A DNA stretch of 64,000 bases, taken from NCBI GenBank assembly GCA_964399295.1, contig CAYNQD010000001.1:86454-150453 (forward strand), written 5' to 3'. A program made the translations under genes and the position numbers. The DNA is from an uncultured Candidatus Saccharibacteria bacterium (GTDB lineage: Bacteria; Patescibacteriota; Minisyncoccia; Phycocordibacterales; UBA918). Shown in pieces: positions 28,896 through 38,076 of the stretch (within the stretch, counting starts at the first letter, position 1; every line of letters begins with the position of its first letter). Below the pieces are notes generated by a model. It saw nothing but the letters and a program-made list of their open reading frames with translations, was not told where the DNA came from and made no database searches.

Positions 28896-30917
28896 TTGAA
28901 ACAAAAAAATTTAAGGTATAATTGTCTTAACGCTATGCAAACCTCAATCTTAAAAAACAAACAAATAGATTTAGAGGGTGCAGTCTCACTCTTGGGTGTT
29001 TCTTCTGCTACGGTAAGAAATTGGATAAGACATGATTATCTTGTCCCTGACAACAAGGAAGGTAGAAAGCTTCTGTTTGATCATGACCATGTTAGAGATT
29101 TAAAAGAGAAAATAGATTCGGGCGTAATAGACCGTTTGAACAAACGGGCAAACAAAAAGGGGTCTATAAATACGTTTATACCTGATGAATATACGGACAA
29201 CATCGATGTAATTTTATTTGTAGAAAAAATTATCGACCAAAATGTTGAGAATCAACTCGATCGTGACAGTATTCTTCTCTCGGTCGCTCTTAATCTGCTC
29301 AAAAAACAGCAATTGATTACATATACGGATACACTTTCAAAACTTTCCTACAAAAATAAAATTATAAAAGACGAACTAGCTTGGTGGCTGAATAAAACCC
29401 AGAGGAGCTTTTCTTTTGATAAGTATTCGCATCTCTTAAATATTCAATTACCCGAGGCTGGTGACTTATTGGGAGTCGTATATCAATCACTTGTGGCCGA
29501 AGGTAGTAAAGCTCAAGCAGGTTCTTATTACACCCCAAAAAGTGTAGTTGATGAAATCATTAATAGTCACATACAAAATGATTCACTAGTTCTTGATCCC
29601 TGCTGTGGAACAGGCCAATTTCTCTTGTCTGCAGCATCTAAGGTCAAAAATCCTAGAAACATATGGGGCTTTGACATAGATGAAACGGCTACAAGATTAG
29701 CTCGCTTAAATTTGCTAATAAAGTTTCCAGATGAAGAATTTTCACCAAATATATACCACAAGAATACCTTGCTCCATGTTCAATCGGGGGGGCTATTTGC
29801 TGACGATATCCCGAATTTTGATGTAGTTATCACAAATCCACCTTGGGGGGTCCATTTTTCTCAACACGAGACTGATCAACTTCAAGGTATATATCCATCC
29901 ATTCAATCAAATGAGTCTTTTTCGTATTTTCTCAATAAGGGATTAAGCCTTCTCAAAGACGGTGGAATATTGTCGTTTATCCTTCCTGAGTCAATCCTCA
30001 ATATAAAGACTCATCGAGATATAAGAGAAGTAATATTGAACACGTCAAAAATCCAAAAAATTAAGTTCTTGGACCGAGTATTTAAAAATGTTTTTACACC
30101 TGTAATAAGACTTGATGTAGTTAAAACTAGCCCAGCAGATGAGCATACTTTTGAAGCTGAAAAGTATGAGGATATTTTAAGAGTTGATCAGTCGAGATTA
30201 AAAAAGAATCATGACTATATTTTTGATGTATTTTCTAACGGTAGTGATATGGTTATCATCGACAAGGTGTATAGCCTTGAACATGTAACCCTAGAAAATA
30301 ATGCAGAATGGGCGTTAGGAATAGTGACTGGTGATAATAAAAAATATCTAAAAGAAAGAGAGACATCAGACAGCGAACCCATTATTACAGGCAAAGATGT
30401 CAAGAGATTTATAACCTGTAAGCCAAAAAACTTTATTAGGTTTGATATTGAGAAGTTTCAACAGGTTGCTCCAGAATATAAATACCGTACCGAGGAAAAA
30501 TTGATTTATAAATTTATATCGAAAGACCTTGTTTTCTCTTATGACAACAAAAAGACTCTAACTCTCAATAGTGCGAATATTCTTATACCTAAAATAGCTG
30601 GGTATCCTGTAAGGACCATACTAGCACTGTTCAACTCGAGTCTGTATCAGTTTGTGCATCAGAAAAAGTTCGCTTCGATAAAGGTTTTAAGAAGTGATAT
30701 TGAAAAGCTACCTTTGCCTACACTAAACAATAACCAACATCATGAAATAATTTCTCTGGTTGACAAGCTTCTTGATGAGGAAATTTCATCTGAGCAAAGG
30801 AAAGAAAAATATGTGGAGCTCGATAATCTGATTATGGACATCTTCTCCCTAAATGAGGACCAAAAAGCACATGTCGTGTCAAATGTGAAGATTTCTGATA
30901 AACTATTATCCGTATAA
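28896..30917 (+). CDS. N6-adenine DNA methyltransferase, gamma-class Eco57I family, with N-terminal excisionase-type HTH and C-terminal target-recognition region
   Basis: VSSATVRNWIRHDYLVP (HTH_17-like), GSYYTPKSVV, LDPCCGTGQFLL (motif I), VVITNPPWG (motif IV NPPW). 673 aa. Confidence 0.75.
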   Translation: MKQKNLRYNCLNAMQTSILKNKQIDLEGAVSLLGVSSATVRNWIRHDYLVPDNKEGRKLLFDHDHVRDLKEKIDSGVIDRLNKRANKKGSINTFIPDEYTDNIDVILFVEKIIDQNVENQLDRDSILLSVALNLLKKQQLITYTDTLSKLSYKNKIIKDELAWWLNKTQRSFSFDKYSHLLNIQLPEAGDLLGVVYQSLVAEGSKAQAGSYYTPKSVVDEIINSHIQNDSLVLDPCCGTGQFLLSAASKVKNPRNIWGFDIDETATRLARLNLLIKFPDEEFSPNIYHKNTLLHVQSGGLFADDIPNFDVVITNPPWGVHFSQHETDQLQGIYPSIQSNESFSYFLNKGLSLLKDGGILSFILPESILNIKTHRDIREVILNTSKIQKIKFLDRVFKNVFTPVIRLDVVKTSPADEHTFEAEKYEDILRVDQSRLKKNHDYIFDVFSNGSDMVIIDKVYSLEHVTLENNAEWALGIVTGDNKKYLKERETSDSEPIITGKDVKRFITCKPKNFIRFDIEKFQQVAPEYKYRTEEKLIYKFISKDLVFSYDNKKTLTLNSANILIPKIAGYPVRTILALFNSSLYQFVHQKKFASIKVLRSDIEKLPLPTLNNNQHHEIISLVDKLLDEEISSEQRKEKYVELDNLIMDIFSLNEDQKAHVVSNVKISDKLLSV

Positions 30918-30924
30918 TAAATAT

Positions 30925-31665
30925 ATGGATCCCCTTAAAGAAAAGCTAAATAAGCTCGTGGATGGGCTTTCTGCAGATAAAAAGGAAATAATTAAGACTA
31001 GACTTTCAAATCTCGTTTCGGTTTATCCTTTTAATGAATACGAATATATAATTTCTACCTTGTTAGGCTATAGGAAAATTACCATTGACGATTATAACCA
31101 GATTAGAGATGAATATATTGCTAAGAATATATACCTTAATATTTTCGAAATAGGATCGCCGAGGGGATTTGGTGAGCTATGGGCACAAGGACATCTTAAA
31201 GAGCTTGTACCTGAACTCGTAAAACCTACAAAGAAAATCGAAGAGAACTATAAAGGTGACTACGATTTTATATTACCTGGACAAGACCATCTTGTTCGAA
31301 TTGAGGTAAAAGCCTCAAGAGCTGTAGATGGTGATAGTGCAGAGCCTTTATATGTTAAAGCTTTGGCGTTCGACAGTAAGCAACCTTTCTGGATGAATTT
31401 TCAACAAATTAAACCGGCACACTGTGATGTATTTGTCTGGATTGCTGTGTGGCGTGATGTGATCAAGTATTGGGTCCTATCTTCCGACGAAGTAAAGAAT
31501 AATAAGTACTACTCAAAAGGTCAGCACCGAGGAAATGTTGGTGAAGGACAATTACATCTCAAAGATGACAATATCAAAGATTTTCAAATTTATGAGGTAA
31601 AAGCTGCTGAACTTAAAGATGCCATCGTGAGAGCTTATGAACGTCAAAAAAGTTCAAACGGATAA
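30925..31665 (+). CDS. Putative PD-(D/E)xK restriction endonuclease (cognate of upstream MTase)
   Basis: DYDFILPGQDHLVRIEVKASR gives D...E-V-K spacing typical of PD-(D/E)xK. Starts 7 nt after the MTase stop. Confidence 0.4.
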   Translation: MDPLKEKLNKLVDGLSADKKEIIKTRLSNLVSVYPFNEYEYIISTLLGYRKITIDDYNQIRDEYIAKNIYLNIFEIGSPRGFGELWAQGHLKELVPELVKPTKKIEENYKGDYDFILPGQDHLVRIEVKASRAVDGDSAEPLYVKALAFDSKQPFWMNFQQIKPAHCDVFVWIAVWRDVIKYWVLSSDEVKNNKYYSKGQHRGNVGEGQLHLKDDNIKDFQIYEVKAAELKDAIVRAYERQKSSNG

Positions 31666-31757
31666 GGCTATTTAGCCCCTAAATGCCCCTGTGTACGCTT
31701 TTCTGGCCCCATTCGGGGCTTCTTGCGTATATGCCAGATTTCGCCAACTTTTTAGAG

Positions 31758-31830
31758 GGTCCAAAGTAATTCCTACTCTTAGAAATCTAGGAGGTCCTAA
31801 AATCACAAGCATTGTAGGCCCAAAAGTAAT
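31758..31830. repeat. Three direct imperfect 13-14-nt iteron-like repeats
   Basis: gggtccaaagtaat (31758-31771), aggtcctaaaatca (31792-31805), aggcccaaaagtaat (31816-31830). Consensus GG(T/C)CC(A/T)AAAGTAAT. Confidence 0.5.
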
Positions 31831-31960
31831 GCAACACGTTTTTCACTTTTTGGAGCCGACAATGTAAATATTCCCGTTGCACGGAAAAAGCTGGACCACT
31901 TGCAACGGGGGTCTAGCTTTTTCCGTTTTCAGGAAGAACTACGCAAGGTCGAAACCCCTC

Positions 31961-32230
31961 ATGATAAGCAAACACGCATTCGAAGAATACAAGCAGATAC
32001 ACCGAGAAGAAATCGGCAAGGCTTTTTCCGATGATGTGCTTTTCGATGAGGCAACTAATCTGCTTACGCTCTTTGATCGCGTCTATCGGCCGATCAAGAA
32101 AGCGTGGCTCAAGGAATATGGACAACGAACAAGAGATAACTCCGATATGGCGAAACGAAAGACCGAGGTCGCCAGCCAGGATGGCTCTCAACGCAAATCA
32201 GAAAAACGCAAATCTGAAAAAGCAGATTGA
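31961..32230 (+). CDS. Hypothetical small protein (island sub-element)
   Basis: Likely start ATG at 31961 (MISKHAFEEY...). The track ORF from 31877 translates the upstream hairpins. Overlaps the next gene out of frame by about 50 nt. Confidence 0.3.
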   Translation: MISKHAFEEYKQIHREEIGKAFSDDVLFDEATNLLTLFDRVYRPIKKAWLKEYGQRTRDNSDMAKRKTEVASQDGSQRKSEKRKSEKAD

Positions 32231-33029
32231 TCAGATGGACAAGTCAAAGCTTCGGACCAAGCGCAAGCCGAGCAGATTCTTTGTCGAAAACGAATACGTG
32301 CATGGCGGATATGTAGCCATACTTCCTAACGCATGCTCAAGAATCTATTACGTTCTCTCGGTCCATTGTAATAACGAAACACAAGTGGCATTCCCGAGCA
32401 TCACGACTATTCAAGAGATGTCAGGCTGTACCAATCGCAACACGACCATGAAGGCTCTCTCCATACTTGAGTCGTATGGCATCATCGGAATCCTCAAGAC
32501 CAAAGGATTCAATATGGTGAATGTGTACGCCTTTCAAGCCACTCGATACTGGAAACCGATCCCTGAATGGAAAGAAAGGATGGAGAAATACAGAAACAAA
32601 TCGCAGTATCAATTCACCCCACATCGTAGTAACAAAAAGACCGACTATCGCAGTGACAGGGATGATACCCTAACTAACCTAAGTGATAACTCTCCTAATA
32701 CTATAACTAGCATCGGAGATGTCTTAAGAAAAATGCAGTTGCAGGGACCCGATTCGGTTGCTATTCAGGAGCCTTCTGGGCATAGTGTCGTCGGTCCAGC
32801 TAAGCATGAACTTTTACCCGTAATAACGGGTAATTTACGGGAACATCGTAATAACACCAGTGATACTACGATAGACCAAGAAAGCACCGTTAATAAACGG
32901 GAAGAAACGGTGGACACAGTCGAAAGTGCACCATTTATAAATGGAGAAAAATGGACTAAGGAAGATGAGGGCATTGGTCTGATGGACATCAACAATGAAG
33001 ACATCGGGCCAGGAAACGCAACATTATAA
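32181..33029 (+). CDS. Putative winged-helix DNA-binding protein (replication initiator/regulator of mobile element)
   Basis: HGGYVAILPNACSRIYYVLSVHCNNETQVAFPSITTIQEMSGCTNRNTTMKALSILESYGIIG resembles wHTH replication-initiator/regulator N-termini. Likely start at 32181 (MALNANQ). Confidence 0.3.
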   Translation: MALNANQKNANLKKQIDQMDKSKLRTKRKPSRFFVENEYVHGGYVAILPNACSRIYYVLSVHCNNETQVAFPSITTIQEMSGCTNRNTTMKALSILESYGIIGILKTKGFNMVNVYAFQATRYWKPIPEWKERMEKYRNKSQYQFTPHRSNKKTDYRSDRDDTLTNLSDNSPNTITSIGDVLRKMQLQGPDSVAIQEPSGHSVVGPAKHELLPVITGNLREHRNNTSDTTIDQESTVNKREETVDTVESAPFINGEKWTKEDEGIGLMDINNEDIGPGNATL

Positions 33030-33033
33030 AACT

Positions 33034-34707
33034 ATGAATAAAACACCACCAATCAAATACTTCCTCTACGCCCGCAAGTCGAGCGAAGCGGAAGACAGAC
33101 AGGCGGCATCCATCGATGCCCAAAAAGACGAGCTCCTGAAGATTGCCAAAGAGCAGGGCTTGGCAATCGTAGACGTTCTTGAGGAATCGCAATCGGCCAA
33201 GAAGCCAGGCAGACCAATCTTCAACAAAATGCTCGAACGAATTTACAAGGGCGAGGCCAACGGCATCATCTGCTGGAAATTGGATCGTCTCGCTCGCAAT
33301 CCGGTAGACGGCGGACAGATAAGCTGGATGCTCCAGCAAAGCGCCATCGCAGAGATCATCACCTTCGGCCGAACCTACTATCCGACCGACAACGTCCTCA
33401 TGATGCAAGTTGAACTTGGCATGGCCAACCAATATATTCGAGACTTATCAGTGAATGTAAAAAGAGGCTTGGCCAAGAAAGTCCGAGAAGGTTGGCTCCC
33501 GAGCATGTGTCCCGTCGGCTACATGAGCACTCCTGACAGAGAAAAGGGATTTAAGACTATCACCAAAGACCCCGACCGCTTTCCAATCGTGCGGCGCATC
33601 TTTGACCTCATGCTCACCGGCAACTACACGGTCCAACAGATATGGAATATCTCACGCAAAGAACTCAATCTCACCACTTTCAAACGCCGAAGCCTCGGCG
33701 GCAAACATCTCTCAAAGAGCGGCATGTATGCGCTCCTGAGCAATCCCTTTTACTACGGTTGGTTTGAGTATCCGTACAAAAGCGGAGAATGGCACAAAGG
33801 CTCACATGAGCCGATGATCACCGAAGACGAATTCAACAAGGTCCAGCAATACATGGGCAGAAAGAACAGACCGTCGCTCGCCAAGAACCTCAACTTCGCA
33901 TTTACCGGCCTCATGCATTGCGGCACCTGCGGTTGCGGCATCACCGCCCAAGCGAAAGTAAAGCGATGTAAGAATGGCAATGTCCACCACTACGTCTACT
34001 ACAATTGCACCAAGAAGAAAGTAGATGTGAAGTGTCCCGAGCAATGTATCGAGCTCAAGAACCTCGAACTGGATATCAAAGGCAAACTCAGCGAAATCAC
34101 CATTTCAGAGCGATTCAAGGATTGGGCGATCAAGCATCTGCATGAACTTCGCAAGACCGAGGCTGATAGCGACTCGGCGGTACTCAAAGGCAAGAACAAA
34201 GAGCTTGAGGAAATCACCAAGAAACTGCAATCGCTCACCCTCAATTTCACCTCGCCGGCCAATCAGGAGCGCACTCTCATTTCAGACGAGGAGTACCAGA
34301 ATTTGAAGATGGGCATGGTCCGAAGAAAGCTCAAGCTCGAAGACGAGCTCAAGGTGCAGAACAAGGAGATCTTGGAATGGGTGGAGCTGTCGGAACGGAC
34401 CTTTGACTTTGCCTGCTACGCCCACATCTGGTTTGAAAAAGGCGATGAAAAGACCAAGCGAGCCATCCTTTCATGCCTTGGCTCGAACCTCACTCTAAAG
34501 GGCAAAAAAGTCTTTGTAAATTACCATTCTTTCGTGAAGACACTCATAAAAAGTCGTCAGGCGGTTGAAGACGAATTAGAGAAGGTTAGAACCTCTAAAG
34601 TATCAAGCAATAAAAGACAAAACCCTACAAATTGTGAGGTTTCGTCACTAGGGCTCCCCGTCTCGAGTTGGGGACTTTTGCCGCCTTGCCCCGCAATGCT
34701 TTTTTGA
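33034..34707 (+). CDS. Large serine recombinase (resolvase/invertase N-domain plus recombinase domain plus Zn-ribbon)
   Basis: YFLYARKSSEAEDRQAASIDAQKDEL carries the catalytic Ser of Y-x-R-x-S. Cys cluster CGTCGCGITAQ...CTKKKVDVKCPEQC and coiled-coil C-terminus. The track ORF starts 32995, but internal Met 33034 is likely. Confidence 0.8.
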   Translation: MNKTPPIKYFLYARKSSEAEDRQAASIDAQKDELLKIAKEQGLAIVDVLEESQSAKKPGRPIFNKMLERIYKGEANGIICWKLDRLARNPVDGGQISWMLQQSAIAEIITFGRTYYPTDNVLMMQVELGMANQYIRDLSVNVKRGLAKKVREGWLPSMCPVGYMSTPDREKGFKTITKDPDRFPIVRRIFDLMLTGNYTVQQIWNISRKELNLTTFKRRSLGGKHLSKSGMYALLSNPFYYGWFEYPYKSGEWHKGSHEPMITEDEFNKVQQYMGRKNRPSLAKNLNFAFTGLMHCGTCGCGITAQAKVKRCKNGNVHHYVYYNCTKKKVDVKCPEQCIELKNLELDIKGKLSEITISERFKDWAIKHLHELRKTEADSDSAVLKGKNKELEEITKKLQSLTLNFTSPANQERTLISDEEYQNLKMGMVRRKLKLEDELKVQNKEILEWVELSERTFDFACYAHIWFEKGDEKTKRAILSCLGSNLTLKGKKVFVNYHSFVKTLIKSRQAVEDELEKVRTSKVSSNKRQNPTNCEVSSLGLPVSSWGLLPPCPAMLF

Positions 34708-34754
34708 CATTTTTATTTTACCACAACGACGCATCCTGAGCACCTTAAAATCGC

Positions 34755-35465
34755 CTACTTCTCTACATACTTTATTGGATTTTGACTGCCTTTCTTCCAA
34801 ATATGTGCGACGGATGTATTAAGATATTTTTCACGAATTTTAGATGGTGCGATAAAACCCTCAAATATATATCTCCCAGATACATCCTGAGAGGGTAGCC
34901 ACTTTTTTATGACATACACCTCACGAATGATTCCTGCATATACGGCGCAGGCTATTTTAAATGTTTTTGCACGAGCGCCGACTTTCCAATCCTTTCGCGT
35001 TACCTGATAAAGTTCTTCTTTGGACATGTCGTGTCTAAATGCTTTGTTGATGCGAATGAGTATCACGGGGTCATCAAATACTGCTGGTCGAGCCTGATAT
35101 TCTATCTCAATATCCCGCAAAGACATTTTTCCGCGCAAATAGGCATGATGACCTGTTACAAGATTGGTTAAATTATTCAATCCAAAATAATCGATCATTG
35201 CACTCTCTACTTCAAACGCCTCCTTTTCTTCCAGCCCGTGGCGCAAGACGATAAGCCCGACTTCGTGGCCAGCTTTCTGTATCTCACGAATAGTTTTTAT
35301 CTTCTCGGTTTCTTTTGTCTTTTCCTCAAGCGCCCCAAGCAAATGATGATTTATTCGATTGCCTTTTCCTTTACCAACATAGAAAACTTTTCCTGCCTGA
35401 GGGTTGATAAGAAAATAGACATAATATTTGAGCTTCTCTATAGTTGACTGTGATAGCCTACTCAT
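34755..35465 (-). CDS. GIY-YIG nuclease-domain protein
   Basis: YYVYFLINPQAGKVFYVGKGKGNRINHHL has the GIY...YIG catalytic-motif arrangement with Arg/His downstream. 236 aa. Confidence 0.55.
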   Translation of the reverse strand: MSRLSQSTIEKLKYYVYFLINPQAGKVFYVGKGKGNRINHHLLGALEEKTKETEKIKTIREIQKAGHEVGLIVLRHGLEEKEAFEVESAMIDYFGLNNLTNLVTGHHAYLRGKMSLRDIEIEYQARPAVFDDPVILIRINKAFRHDMSKEELYQVTRKDWKVGARAKTFKIACAVYAGIIREVYVIKKWLPSQDVSGRYIFEGFIAPSKIREKYLNTSVAHIWKKGSQNPIKYVEK

Positions 35466-35581
35466 GCTCCGCGGGATGGACGGGTTCAGAACTCTTGGTA
35501 AGCCAATTCAAGCAAGTAGATTGGTCACAAATTCAGAAAGAGTTAGCGTTTAGTGGAATTTTAAATAATTATTGTTTAGAA

Positions 35582-36859
35582 CTACGGTAGTCTTTTTACA
35601 AAGCTAAATAGTTCATTATCAGCTTCATTCAAATCTTCAGCTGTGATCAGTTCGCAAATTTTTGTAGCTAACTTTACTTTTGAAATAGCTATACCATTAT
35701 GACAGTTAGGATCATTAGATAAATAATCCTTAACAATCTCGGTCCTTGTCTGTGTTGAGTTAAAAATCGACTGAAGGTGTCTTTCTGGATAGTAATACTC
35801 TATAGCATCTTTGGTTAAAGTTAGGATATGATCATCCTTTCCAATCAATAATTTCCACTCTCTTTCCAGCGTGTCTTTCAAAGGATTGTCTACTATTACA
35901 TAAGTACGATCCTTATATACTGGAACATTTTTTTCATTAAATTTTAAAAAATTAGTGATTGAATTTATTGCGTATTTAACGCTTCCGTTTCCTCCAGAAT
36001 TATGTACACCAAAGCCAGATTTACCTAAGAGACTAAGAATTTTCTTGATAAAACTAGTATCAGAAGGTCCTTCGAATATAAGCACTTTTTCAGGTAATAA
36101 GTAACTTGCGAGAGTGTTTCCTAATAATCTAAATATAACATCATTCATCTGCTCAACAGGTTTTATTTCAATTTTATCGTCCCCGTTTCGTTGGCAAATA
36201 TAATTATTTGATGGATCTTCTAGATCTAGGAAATGATGAGAATGTGTAGCAATAAAGATTTTTTTCTTCGGTAAAGCCTTATCTTTAATTGCTTGAAATA
36301 AATACTTCTGTAAATACGGTTCCAGGCCAAGCTCTGGCTCATCGATACATAGATATTCAACTTCTGGGTCGAACAGTCTGATGAAAATCTCGATTGTCGC
36401 TCTCATCCCAGAACCCTGTTTTGTAATTGAGTATTTGTTTGCCTTTAGTAACATAGGCGACGCTGAATTGTCTACATCCTCTCGCTCTTCAATGAGGGGA
36501 TTAGGAAAATATTTGTTATACCATTCAATAATTGGCTCTCGGTCCTTATCCTTGAGACTAAAGAAATCTTGCAAAGGCTGAATTTGGCGACTTGAGTTAT
36601 CATCCTCTTGTTGCAGTGTTCGTGAATTGTATACTGGCAGGTTCTTTTTATAGTCTTCTTTCATAGACCCTTCGCCTGTTAGTAGAGTTCTATTCACTGG
36701 TACAACATAACTTTTTTGATCCTGAAAAGTTTTAGCTATACTTCGAAGAAGTGTTGATTTGCCACCATTGTTAGAGCCAACGAAAATGAAGAAATTTTTA
36801 TCATCAGGCAGGTTTATGTTTTGTGTAGCGAACTGTTTTTCTTTATCTTGTATTTCCAT
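35582..36859 (-). CDS. OLD-family-like ATP-dependent nuclease (ABC-type ATPase plus TOPRIM)
   Basis: Walker A FIFVGSNNGGKSTLL, Walker B LCIDEPELGLEP, H-loop IFIATHSHHF. The C-terminal VLIFEGPSDTSF ... YVIVDNPLKD is consistent with the TOPRIM E ... DxD. Confidence 0.55.
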   Translation of the reverse strand: MEIQDKEKQFATQNINLPDDKNFFIFVGSNNGGKSTLLRSIAKTFQDQKSYVVPVNRTLLTGEGSMKEDYKKNLPVYNSRTLQQEDDNSSRQIQPLQDFFSLKDKDREPIIEWYNKYFPNPLIEEREDVDNSASPMLLKANKYSITKQGSGMRATIEIFIRLFDPEVEYLCIDEPELGLEPYLQKYLFQAIKDKALPKKKIFIATHSHHFLDLEDPSNNYICQRNGDDKIEIKPVEQMNDVIFRLLGNTLASYLLPEKVLIFEGPSDTSFIKKILSLLGKSGFGVHNSGGNGSVKYAINSITNFLKFNEKNVPVYKDRTYVIVDNPLKDTLEREWKLLIGKDDHILTLTKDAIEYYYPERHLQSIFNSTQTRTEIVKDYLSNDPNCHNGIAISKVKLATKICELITAEDLNEADNELFSFVKRLP

Positions 36860-36908
36860 ATCTGTTAGAAGAATTATAAATTATTGTAAAGTATTGTAAA
36901 CTATAGTA

Positions 36909-37823
36909 ATGGATCCGATTACCATTACTCAAAAGGACGAACTCGCGCTATTTAAGCTTTCTGAACAAGGTCCGCTTGGGAAAAGAGCATTATTTATATT
37001 TCAGTATCTCTTCATACGTGCTGACTTCAGGGACCTTGTAAAAGAGTTACGTGCGGAATTTGATATACCACCAGAAGGTTTTGACTTATCTGACCATAGT
37101 CAAAGTGAAATCGTAAGACAGAAGTACGTTGACACGGGCGGTTTCTCAGGAGAGATGATTTTTACAGCTAGTTTTAGACTAGATCCAAAAATGTCACATC
37201 GTATTGATCAGTTTATCGAGCAGTGTGGAGTTGTGCAGTATTCGCCTAATATGGATCTTGCAGAAGGTTTTATCTCAGCAATTGTCCGAGAGTACATTCT
37301 CCTTAATGATTTTATCGGTCTCTACAAAAATCGTTTTGGTCTGATTACTGTAGAACAGTACGATGTTTATGATCGCGAGGATGAGAATTACAGCGAAAAA
37401 GATGTTGAACTTCGTTTCTCTATACCGATCTCTGTGAAGAGGGATGAATTTAAAGAGTATATTGATAATATTTGGGACGTTCTTGAAAGCTCAAGAAAGG
37501 ATTTTTTACGTAAACAAGACCAAGTTCGTTTTCGTCCGAGAAATAACTTTGTCCGTGATGTGCTTATTTTGAATAAGTACATAGAGCTTGAGAATTTACC
37601 GAAGTCCAAACAAACGGCTCGTGGTATAAACTATTTAGATGTAGCTACTAGAAAAGAGCTTATTGCAGAAGGTCATTTAGATATACCTGATGAGGGGTCA
37701 ATAAGAAGTATAGTGAGTAGATTAAAACGTGAAATTAAAGAGAAGAGTGCATATTGGGAAGAACGAGAACCTGATCCAGAACCCGATCCAAACTACAAAC
37801 CATCAGATAATGATGGCTTCTAG
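36909..37823 (+). CDS. Hypothetical protein (divergent from OLD-like gene), acidic EPDPEPDP tail
   Basis: 304-aa ORF with no recognisable motif. Divergently arranged 50 bp from the ATPase-TOPRIM gene start. Confidence 0.3.
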   Translation: MDPITITQKDELALFKLSEQGPLGKRALFIFQYLFIRADFRDLVKELRAEFDIPPEGFDLSDHSQSEIVRQKYVDTGGFSGEMIFTASFRLDPKMSHRIDQFIEQCGVVQYSPNMDLAEGFISAIVREYILLNDFIGLYKNRFGLITVEQYDVYDREDENYSEKDVELRFSIPISVKRDEFKEYIDNIWDVLESSRKDFLRKQDQVRFRPRNNFVRDVLILNKYIELENLPKSKQTARGINYLDVATRKELIAEGHLDIPDEGSIRSIVSRLKREIKEKSAYWEEREPDPEPDPNYKPSDNDGF

Positions 37824-38076
37824 CGTTTAAGCCCACTGCTTAAATGCAACAATGTGGCTTTTAAACTGAACTCTTAAATTCAGTATTTTACTTTTGCCTA
37901 CTGTAATAACGTATGAGCAACCTTCGGGTTGTTTATGAGTTGTTCAGACACACAAAAGATAAGTATCTCTGATATGACCTGTGAAGACAGGGGTCGACTT
38001 GTTAGTGCTTTTGAGTGGCTGATGAAGCAGGATAAAAAGCAAAATCCTGCTCTTTATCAGGAAAAATACAGGGAAA

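Noticed and set aside
31877-31960. N-terminal 28 codons of the track ORF 31877-32230
   Set aside because: This stretch is exactly the interlocked hairpin region (MHGKSWTTCNGG...). A downstream ATG at 31961 is the more plausible start.
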